From assembly GCA_036676985.1 (NCBI GenBank), contig JAKFBU010000053.1, positions 1 through 59,706 of the forward strand: DNA of 59,706 nucleotides, given 5' to 3'. The notes beneath the pieces were generated by a model that searched no databases, had not been told where the DNA came from, and saw only the letters and a program-made list of their open reading frames with translations. How positions within the stretch are numbered: position 1 is the stretch's first letter; each line of letters begins with the position of its first letter. Positions 50,594 to 59,706 of the stretch are shown here, one piece after another. The DNA comes from Candidatus Sericytochromatia bacterium. Its GTDB lineage: Bacteria; Cyanobacteriota; Sericytochromatia; S15B-MN24; UBA4093. A program made the translations under genes and the position numbers.

Positions 50594-51763
50594 ATGACCC
50601 GACGCGACACCCTGGAGCGCGCCCTCGACGAGGCCGCGCGCTCCGGCCCCATGACCTTCCGGACCTACATGGAGCTGGCGCTCTACCATCCCGAGGGCGG
50701 GTACTACACCCGCCCCGAGATGCGCGTGGGCACGGGCGGCGACTTCCACACGAGCCCCACCGTCTCTCCGGCTTTCGGCCGACTGGTGGCGCGCCAGCTC
50801 TCCCAGCTCTGGGAGCTCATGGGCAAGCCCGCCGAGCTCAACCTGCTCGAGTTGGGGGCGGGCAGCGGCCAGCTCGCCGACCAGATCCTCGGGGCCCTCG
50901 CCCCGGAGCGCCGCCGCTGGCAGCGCCTCACCTACACCATCATCGAGAAGAGCCCGGCCCTGCGCGATCGCCAGGCCGCGACGCTCGCCGCCCACGCCGA
51001 CCGCGTCCGCTGGGTCGACGACCTGGCAGCCCTCGCCCCCGACGCCACCTGGCAGGGGGTGGTGCTCAGCAACGAGCTGTTCGACGCCTTCCCGGTCCAT
51101 CGCGTGATCGGGCTCAAGGAGGGCTTCGCCGAGATCGGGGTCATGCGCTCGGAGAAGGGCTACTGGCGCCAGATCGGGATCGGGCCCACCACGCCGCGGC
51201 TCGCCGAGTACCTGACAGAGGCGGGCGTCGTCCTGCAAGAGGGCCAGCAGGCGGAGATCAACCTGGAGGCCCCGGAGCTCATGGAGCGTCTCGGCCGCTG
51301 GCTCGGCAGGGGCTTCGTGCTCACGATCGACTACGGCGGCCCCGCGGACTACGTCTACGCTCCGCACCGCAAGAAGGGCACCATCCGCGGCTACTACAAG
51401 CAGCTCCTGATCCAGGACCCCCTGGAGCATCCCGGCGAGCAGGATCTCACGGCGGACGTGGACTTCACGGCCCTCATGCGCGCCGGCGAGGCCGTCGGGC
51501 TCCGCACGGTGGGCGTCGTGCCGCAGGGGACCTTCTTGCGCCACCTGGGGATCGAGGCGCTGGAGCAGGAGGCCAGGAAGGGGCTCAAGGGCTCGCTGGA
51601 GGCCGACTTCGCCGCCACGAGCCTTCGCAAGCTCTACGAGGAGCGGGCCATGGGCGAGGGCTTCTCGGTGCTGCTGCAGGCCAAGGGCCTGGAGGTGGCG
51701 GCCAGGGACGTGCTCGGCCTGTCCGGGCCCAGGCAAGGCTTCCGCTGGCCATGGCAACGCTGA
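50594..51763 (+). CDS. NDUFAF7/MidA-like (DUF185) SAM-dependent methyltransferase
   Basis: YMELALYHPEGGYY, GDFHTSP, ELGAGSG, NELFDAFPVH, IDYG, QDLTADVDF. Confidence 0.9.
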   Translation: MTRRDTLERALDEAARSGPMTFRTYMELALYHPEGGYYTRPEMRVGTGGDFHTSPTVSPAFGRLVARQLSQLWELMGKPAELNLLELGAGSGQLADQILGALAPERRRWQRLTYTIIEKSPALRDRQAATLAAHADRVRWVDDLAALAPDATWQGVVLSNELFDAFPVHRVIGLKEGFAEIGVMRSEKGYWRQIGIGPTTPRLAEYLTEAGVVLQEGQQAEINLEAPELMERLGRWLGRGFVLTIDYGGPADYVYAPHRKKGTIRGYYKQLLIQDPLEHPGEQDLTADVDFTALMRAGEAVGLRTVGVVPQGTFLRHLGIEALEQEARKGLKGSLEADFAATSLRKLYEERAMGEGFSVLLQAKGLEVAARDVLGLSGPRQGFRWPWQR

Positions 51764-51894
51764 GCGCACCATGGGGGGGCGAGCGAGGCCCTGCGATCGG
51801 GCCGCAGTTGGCGCCAGCAGGCGTTTCTAGATTAGAAAATTAAGGCAACGATAACTTTTCCAACAATTGAATCGGCAGGCGAGGGGGCACTCGG

Positions 51895-51911
51895 CATTCT
51901 ATGTTAGAATG
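51895..51911 (+). promoter_or_regulatory. nuo promoter extended -10 (TGtTAGAAT) embedded in the palindrome CATTCTA-N3-TAGAATG
   Basis: Seen directly upstream of nuoA. Confidence 0.5.
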
Positions 51912-51988
51912 TGCGCACCTAGCCGGAGAATCCGCGCCGTTCCAAGCACTTTACCTGTTTCGTCCCCGTGTCTGAAGGACTGGCACTC

Positions 51989-52353
51989 ATGCTCGATACC
52001 AACGTAACCTTTGCGATCGCCATCATCGGGGCCTTGGCCTTGATCGTGCCGGCGGCCATGCTGGGCATCCACGCCCTCCTGGGCCGCGCGCGCTTCAAGA
52101 CGGACAACAAGGGAGCCACCTACGAGGCCGGCATCGCGGCGCGCTCGACCATCGGGACCGCCCGCGAGCGCTTCTCGATCAAGTTCTACCTGATCGCCAT
52201 CCTATTCATCATCTTCGACGTGGAAGCGGTCTTCCTCTATCCCTGGGCGGTCAACTTCCAGAAGTTGGGGCTCTTCGGCTTCGTCGAGATGATCGTGTTC
52301 TTGCTCGTGCTGTTCACGGGCTTCATCTACATCGTTAGAAGGGGAGCGTTGAA

Positions 52354-52363
<10 letters not shown>
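51989..52363 (+). CDS. nuoA: NADH-quinone oxidoreductase subunit A
   Basis: [24 protein letters not shown]; RBS AAGGA. Confidence 0.95.
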
Positions 52364-52881
<518 letters not shown>

Positions 52882-52909
52882 GACTGCTAGATAGGTTCAA
52901 GAGACGTTG

Positions 52910-53464
52910 ATGGACACCACTTCCGAATCGATCACCATCAGCAAGGTCAAGGCGAAGTTCGGCAACGACGTCATCTCCGCGTCCTCGTGGCGGGGGGATG
53001 ACGCCCTTGTGATCCGCAAGGAGGCCCTGCTGGCGATCGCCAAGTTCCTGCGCGAGGACCCCGAGCTCGACTACAACTTCCTGGTCGACATCGGCGGCGT
53101 CGATTACCTCACCTACCCCAAGCCCCAGCCCGAGCGCTTCGGCGTGGGCTACCAGTTCCTGTCGATGCAGCACAAGCACCGCGTGCGCCTCAAGGTGTTC
53201 GCCGCGGCCAGTGACGAGATCGACACGCTGGTGCCCCTCTGGAAGTCGGCCAACTGGATGGAGCGCGAGATCTTCGACCAGTACGGCCTCAAGTTCAAGG
53301 GCCATCCCAACCTGCGCCGCCTCCTCAACCACGTCGAGTTCGTCGGGCATCCTTTGCGCAAGGACTACCCGATCAAGAAGCGCCAGGTGCTCTCGACTTC
53401 GGACTCCATGATGGACGAGATGAAACAGCGTCTCGCCGTCAAGGGCCTCACGACAGGACGGTAA
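52910..53464 (+). CDS. nuoC: NADH-quinone oxidoreductase subunit C
   Basis: ANWMERE, GHPNLRR, GHPLRKDYP. Confidence 0.95.
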   Translation: MDTTSESITISKVKAKFGNDVISASSWRGDDALVIRKEALLAIAKFLREDPELDYNFLVDIGGVDYLTYPKPQPERFGVGYQFLSMQHKHRVRLKVFAAASDEIDTLVPLWKSANWMEREIFDQYGLKFKGHPNLRRLLNHVEFVGHPLRKDYPIKKRQVLSTSDSMMDEMKQRLAVKGLTTGR

Positions 53465-53469
53465 GCCAG

Positions 53470-54711
53470 ATGTCGATTCCTCCCGGACAGATCCTCGAGA
53501 CCCCGCTCGACCTCGAGCTGGAGCGCGAGTTCTACAAAGACCTCCACACGGACCTGATGTTCCTCAACCTGGGCCCGTCGCACCCGGCGGCCCACGGCAC
53601 CCTGCGGACCTTCGTGGCCCTGGACGGCGAGACCATCAAGGCCGCCGTGGCCGAGATCGGCTACCTGCACCGCGGCTTCGAGAAGACCTCGGAGCACCGC
53701 ACCTGGAACCAGGTCATCCCGTACACCGACCGCCTCAACTACTGCTCGGCGGCACTCAACAACTTCGCCTTCTGCGGCGCGGTCGAGAAGATGCTGGGCG
53801 TCGAGATCACCCCGCGCGCGGCGGCGATCCGGGTCATCGTCGGCGAGCTGATGCGCATCATCGACCACCTGGTCTGCGTCGGCACCAACATCCTCGACCT
53901 GGGGGCGCTCACCAACTTCTGGTACACCTTCAACCCCCGCGAGAAGGTGTACGACATCATGGACAAGCTCTGCGGCGCGCGCCTGACGAACTCGTACGGC
54001 CGCATCGGCGGCCTCTACCGCGACTTCTACGACGGTTGCACCGACGACATCCTCGCCGTCCTCAAGGACTGCGAGCACGGCATGGACCAGGTCGAGAAGC
54101 TCGTCCGCAAGAACAAGATCTTCATCGACCGCACCAAGGACGTCTGCGCCGTCAGCGCCGAGGACGCCCTCAACTACGGCTTCACGGGCCCCACCCTGCG
54201 GGCCGCGGGCGTCGAGTGGGACCTGCGCAAGGCGACTCCCTACTGGGGCTACGACCAGTACGACTTCGAGATCGCGGTGGGCACCACGGGCGACACCTTC
54301 GACCGCATCATGGTCCGCATGGCCGAGGTGCGCGAGAGCGCCAAGATCATCCGTCAGGCCATCAAGAGCCTGCCCGGCGGCCCCATCAGCGTCGATGACA
54401 AGCGCATCGCCCTGCCCGGCAAGGCCGACACGTACCAGAACATCGAGGGCCTCATCAACCACTTCAAGCTCATCTTCGAAGGGGTGCGGGTGCCCGCGGG
54501 CGAGATCTACTACGGCATCGAGGCCGCCAACGGCGAGCTCGGCTTCTACATCACCTCGGATGGCTCGGGCCACCCCTACCGGGTGCGCGTCCGTCCGCCC
54601 TGTCTCTTCAACATGGCGGCCTTCCCGGAGATGATCGAGGGCAGCATGATCTCGGACGCGATCGCGACTTTGGGATCGATCAACATCATCGCGGGCGAGC
54701 TCGACCGGTAA
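53470..54711 (+). CDS. nuoD: NADH-quinone oxidoreductase subunit D
   Basis: NLGPSHPAAHG, IGYLHRGFEK, DRLNY, GELDR. Confidence 0.96.
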   Translation: MSIPPGQILETPLDLELEREFYKDLHTDLMFLNLGPSHPAAHGTLRTFVALDGETIKAAVAEIGYLHRGFEKTSEHRTWNQVIPYTDRLNYCSAALNNFAFCGAVEKMLGVEITPRAAAIRVIVGELMRIIDHLVCVGTNILDLGALTNFWYTFNPREKVYDIMDKLCGARLTNSYGRIGGLYRDFYDGCTDDILAVLKDCEHGMDQVEKLVRKNKIFIDRTKDVCAVSAEDALNYGFTGPTLRAAGVEWDLRKATPYWGYDQYDFEIAVGTTGDTFDRIMVRMAEVRESAKIIRQAIKSLPGGPISVDDKRIALPGKADTYQNIEGLINHFKLIFEGVRVPAGEIYYGIEAANGELGFYITSDGSGHPYRVRVRPPCLFNMAAFPEMIEGSMISDAIATLGSINIIAGELDR

Positions 54712-54735
54712 GCCCAGCGAAGAAGGATACACAGC

Positions 54736-55278
54736 ATGTTTGCGTTCACAGAAGAAAACGAGCGGAAGTTCCAGGAGATCCTGGGCCGCTACCCCGCCGA
54801 ACAGCGCATGGCGGCGACCCTGCCGACCCTGTGGCTCGCGCAGGAGCAGCACGGCTGGCTGCCTCCCGAGGTCATGAAGTACGTCGCCCAGCGGCTGGAG
54901 GTCACTCCGGCCCACGTGCTGGGCGTGGCCACCTTCTACACGATGTTCCTGACCAAGCAGCCCGGCCAGCACCTGCTCGAGGTCTGCACCTCCGTCAGCT
55001 GCTGCCTGACGGGCGGCCGCGAGACCCTGGCGTACCTCTGCGACAAGCTGGGCATCGAGCCCGGCGAGACGACCGCGGACGGCAAGTTCACGGTGCGCGG
55101 CGCGGAGTGCCTCGGCTCGTGCGACACCAGCCCCATGATGCAGGTCGACAACGACGTGTACGTCGAGAACCTCACCGAGGAGAAGCTGAACGACCTGGTC
55201 GCGGAGCTCAAGGATCAGCCCTGGGGGACCCGCACCAAGCTCGCGAGCTTCTGCGCGGCCGGCAATAGAAGGAGCTAG
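54736..55278 (+). CDS. nuoE: NADH-quinone oxidoreductase subunit E
   Basis: VATFYTMF, CTSVSC, ECLGSC. Confidence 0.95.
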   Translation: MFAFTEENERKFQEILGRYPAEQRMAATLPTLWLAQEQHGWLPPEVMKYVAQRLEVTPAHVLGVATFYTMFLTKQPGQHLLEVCTSVSCCLTGGRETLAYLCDKLGIEPGETTADGKFTVRGAECLGSCDTSPMMQVDNDVYVENLTEEKLNDLVAELKDQPWGTRTKLASFCAAGNRRS

Positions 55279-55283
55279 GCGAG

Positions 55284-56582
<1,299 letters not shown>

Positions 56583-56600
56583 ATAGAGAGATCACTCGTC

Positions 56601-58181
56601 ATGAGCACGGTCAAGTTCAACCTGAACGGCCAGGAGGTCGAGGTCCCCGCGGGGCTCAACCTGATCCAGGCCGCCGAGCAGGTAGGGGTCACGATCCCGC
56701 ACTACTGTTACCACCCCGGTCTGCCCATCGACGGCAACTGCCGGATGTGCCTCGTCGAGATCGAGGGGGCCCGCGGTCCCCAGATCTCGTGCAACACCTT
56801 CGTCAAGGACGGCATGGTCGTCAAGACCGACACGCCGGCCGTGGAGAAGATGCGCAAGGGCGTGCAGGAGTTCCTGCTCCTCAACCACCCCATCGACTGC
56901 CCCATCTGCGACCAGGCCGGTGAGTGCCGTCTCCAGGACTACTACATGGAGTACGGCCAGTACGAGAACCGCTCGATGGTCTCCAAGGTCGAGAAGAACA
57001 AGGTGGTCGACCTGGGTCCCCTGGTCGTGCTCGACCAGGAGCGCTGCATCCTGTGCTCGCGTTGCGTCCGGTTCTGCGAGTCCGTCACCAAGACCGGCGA
57101 GCTCGTGATCGCGGGCCGCGGCGACCACAGCCGCATCGAGGCCTTCCCCGGCATGGAGCTCGACAACGCCTACTCGGGCAACGTCGTGGACCTGTGCCCG
57201 GTGGGTGCGCTCACGTCCAAGGACTTCCGCTTCAAGCAGCGAGTGTGGTTCCTCAACACCACCAAGTCCGTGTGCACGGGCTGCGCCAACGGTTGCGCCA
57301 TCACCCTGGATCACCGGGACGGCAACACCTACCGCTACAAGCCGCGCTACAACCCCAACGTCAACGACTACTGGATGTGCGACGCGGGCCGCCTGAGCTA
57401 CAAGGCCCTCAACGAGAACCGCCTCTACTCGGCGCTCGTCTCGGGTGCGGAGCAGCCCATCGGCACCGCCCTCGACGAGGTCCTCGCCAAGGTGAAGACC
57501 GCCGTCGAGCAGTACGGCCCCGAGGCCGTCGCCATCGTCGGCTCGGCGCACGCCACCCTCGAGACCAACTACGTCGTCAAGCGCTTCGCCACCGAGGTCG
57601 TCAAGACCCCGAACGTCTTCGGCGTGACCCTCACGCCCGGCTGGGACGGCGACGACTTCCTCCAGAAGCCCGATCGCACGCCCAACCGCCGCGGCGTCGA
57701 GTTCCTCGGCCTCAGCCAGGACGAGGCGGCCCTCAAGGCCCTCCTCCAGTCCGGCAAGGTGCGGGTGCTCATCGCCGTCGACAACGACCTGTGGACCGAC
57801 GGCGGCAGCGAGTGGCAGACCCTGCTCACCTCCGTCCCGACGGTGGTCTTCATGGCCAAGCACCGCAGCGAGTGGACCGACAAGGCCGCCGTGGTGCTGC
57901 CCGTCGCGGCCCACGTGGAGCAGTTCGGCAGCTTCGTCCAGGTCAAGGGCGTGCTCCAGAAGCTCATGAAGGCCTATGACTCCGACGGCGACGCGGTGCC
58001 GGCCTACGAGATCCTGGGCTCCATGGCCCGGGCCATGGGCACGGACTTCGGCTACGACGACGTCGAGCAGATCTGGACCGACCTGCGCGGGGCCTTCCCC
58101 GAGCAGCTCGCCGGGCTGACCTTCTACGGCATCCCCGAAACCGGCTACCAGCTCCCGGTGGCCGAGAAAGTGGGCGTCTAA
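56601..58181 (+). CDS. nuoG: NADH-quinone oxidoreductase subunit G (short form, 526 aa)
   Basis: CYHP..GNCRMC, HPIDCPICDQAGEC, RCILCSRCVRFC, CTGCANGC..C. Confidence 0.93.
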   Translation: MSTVKFNLNGQEVEVPAGLNLIQAAEQVGVTIPHYCYHPGLPIDGNCRMCLVEIEGARGPQISCNTFVKDGMVVKTDTPAVEKMRKGVQEFLLLNHPIDCPICDQAGECRLQDYYMEYGQYENRSMVSKVEKNKVVDLGPLVVLDQERCILCSRCVRFCESVTKTGELVIAGRGDHSRIEAFPGMELDNAYSGNVVDLCPVGALTSKDFRFKQRVWFLNTTKSVCTGCANGCAITLDHRDGNTYRYKPRYNPNVNDYWMCDAGRLSYKALNENRLYSALVSGAEQPIGTALDEVLAKVKTAVEQYGPEAVAIVGSAHATLETNYVVKRFATEVVKTPNVFGVTLTPGWDGDDFLQKPDRTPNRRGVEFLGLSQDEAALKALLQSGKVRVLIAVDNDLWTDGGSEWQTLLTSVPTVVFMAKHRSEWTDKAAVVLPVAAHVEQFGSFVQVKGVLQKLMKAYDSDGDAVPAYEILGSMARAMGTDFGYDDVEQIWTDLRGAFPEQLAGLTFYGIPETGYQLPVAEKVGV

Positions 58182-58184
58182 TCC

Positions 58185-59549
58185 ATGACTGGCAACCTCG
58201 TACTCGACATCGTGATCATCGCCCTCAAGGCGGTCTTCCTGCTCCTCATCCTCCTGGTCATGGCCCCGGTGCTCATCGTGCTGGAGCGCAAGATCTCGGC
58301 GTTCATCCAGGACCGGCCGGGTCCCAACCGCGCGTCGGTGGGCCCCTTCCGCCTGGCGGGCTTCGTCTACATCGTGGCCGACGCCATCAAGCTCTTCACC
58401 AAGGAGAACTTCACGCCGAACAACGCCAACCGCTTCTTCTACTACCTGGCTCCGGCCATCTCGGTGGCGGTGGCGCTCTCGACCGGTGCGGTCATCCCCT
58501 TCGCGGACACGCTGCACTTCGGCGACGTCTCGGTGCCCATGCAGCTCCTGCCCATCAACGCGGGGCTCCTGTGGTTCTTCGCGATCGCCTCCTTGGGCGT
58601 CTACGGCGTCATCCTCGCCGGCTGGGCGTCCAACAACAAGTACTCGCTCTTGGGCGCCATCCGCTCGAGCGCGCAGCTCATCAGCTACGAGATCCCCATG
58701 GGCCTCTCGGTGGTGGGCATCCTGATGGCGTTCCAGTCGCTGGAGCTCAACAAGATCGTCGAGGCGCAGGGCGGTCTATTGACCTTCTTCGGCCTCTTCC
58801 CGCTGGGCTTCCACCTCGGCAACGTCTGGATCGGCCTGCCCAACTGGGGCATCTTCCTCCAGCCGGTGGCCTTCATCATCTTCATCGTGGCCTCCTACGC
58901 GGAGACGAACCGCACCCCCTTCGACCTGGCCGAGTCCGAGTCGGAGCTGGTGGCGGGCTTCCACACCGAGTACAGCGCCATGAAGTTCGGCATGTTCTTC
59001 TTCGCGGAGTACATGGCGATGGTGGTGGCCTCGAGCATCATGACCACCCTGTTCTTCGGCGGCTGGCAGGTGCCCTTCTTCAGCACCGCGGCCCTGCAAG
59101 AGTTCTCCCTGCCGATGATCCGGCTGGGGCTCGGGGTGACGGTCCTGGTGCTCTTGCTCATCGCCTTCGGCCTCTACCGGTTCTACCTGGGTCAGCGCGG
59201 CCGCTTCAACGACTCCCGCGACATGGAGGGGCTCATCCTGAGCCTCGTGATGAGCGGCCTGGCCGTCGTCACGCTCTTGGTCCTGGGCCTCACCATGACC
59301 GTCAGCGCGCTGCCGGCGTGGGGCGGGGTGGCCTTCGCGGCCTTCGCCCAGTTCCTCTCGTTCTTCGTCAAAATGTTCCTCATCGCGAGCACGTTCGTCT
59401 GGGTCCGCTGGACCGTGCCTCGCTTCCGTTATGACCAGCTCATGAACTTGGGCTGGAAGTCCCTCCTGCCCCTCGCGCTGGCGAACATCGCCGTCACCGG
59501 GGTGGTGATTCTCCTGATGAATGCCTATCAGGCTAGAGGTGGGGTCTAA
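58185..59549 (+). CDS. nuoH: NADH-quinone oxidoreductase subunit H (extended)
   Basis: ERK..QDRPGPNR, DAIKLFTKE, ISYE, ETNRTPFDLAESESELVAG, PRFRYDQLM. Confidence 0.95.
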   Translation: MTGNLVLDIVIIALKAVFLLLILLVMAPVLIVLERKISAFIQDRPGPNRASVGPFRLAGFVYIVADAIKLFTKENFTPNNANRFFYYLAPAISVAVALSTGAVIPFADTLHFGDVSVPMQLLPINAGLLWFFAIASLGVYGVILAGWASNNKYSLLGAIRSSAQLISYEIPMGLSVVGILMAFQSLELNKIVEAQGGLLTFFGLFPLGFHLGNVWIGLPNWGIFLQPVAFIIFIVASYAETNRTPFDLAESESELVAGFHTEYSAMKFGMFFFAEYMAMVVASSIMTTLFFGGWQVPFFSTAALQEFSLPMIRLGLGVTVLVLLLIAFGLYRFYLGQRGRFNDSRDMEGLILSLVMSGLAVVTLLVLGLTMTVSALPAWGGVAFAAFAQFLSFFVKMFLIASTFVWVRWTVPRFRYDQLMNLGWKSLLPLALANIAVTGVVILLMNAYQARGGV

Positions 59550-59706
59550 TGACCATCAAGATCGAACGTCCCAGCGAGGACATCAAGGAAGAAATCTACC
59601 TGGTCGCGATCGTCAAGGGCATGGGGATCACGCTCAAGCACCTGATCTCCAACCTGATCCGCCCCCGGCAGATGCCCATCGTCGAGTACCCGGAGAAGCA
59701 GAAGCA
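59549..59706 (+). CDS. nuoI: NADH-quinone oxidoreductase subunit I, truncated by the window end
   Basis: ATG overlaps the nuoH stop; MTIKIERP..IYLVAIVKGMGITLKHL..VEYPEKQK. Confidence 0.85.
   Translation, partial: MTIKIERPSEDIKEEIYLVAIVKGMGITLKHLISNLIRPRQMPIVEYPEKQK

Overview
High-GC bacterial chromosome segment with no CRISPR array, rRNA, tRNA or transposase that I can see. The lineage is inferred, not proven, to be a non-photosynthetic Cyanobacteriota relative such as Candidatus Sericytochromatia. That inference rests on paralogous IPT/TIG lipoproteins, IIGGNTAN-type repeats, an SLH plus beta-barrel protein and CheX. Housekeeping content: OPT transporter, class I fumarase, AidB-like acyl-CoA dehydrogenase, IMPDH/GMPR, malQ, an ABC exporter, iscR-iscS-iscU-hscB-hscA-fdx-ygfZ with a clear promoter and Rrf2 operator, mnmG, uvrA, a divergent EndoV, CheX, a DEDDh exonuclease, a Nudix hydrolase, an NDUFAF7-like methyltransferase and nuoA-I (I truncated). 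The best candidate for an undescribed system is the three-gene operon at 28672-32031. It encodes an acyl-CoA-dehydrogenase-fold flavoprotein lacking the catalytic Glu, a signal-peptide-less PhnD-like binding protein with no permease, and a TusA-like domain fused to a ferritin-like diiron domain. Other leads: a candidate CRP/FNR-driven structured sRNA divergent from iscR, a 14-aa small ORF transcript, an HD dNTPase fused to a YwgA/SocA-like domain, a Cys-His-Asp peptidase with Gly-rich repeats, an amyloid-like repeat protein, REPIN-like elements, a shared direct-repeat operator and several leaderless genes. All family calls come from motif recognition by eye; no searches were run.
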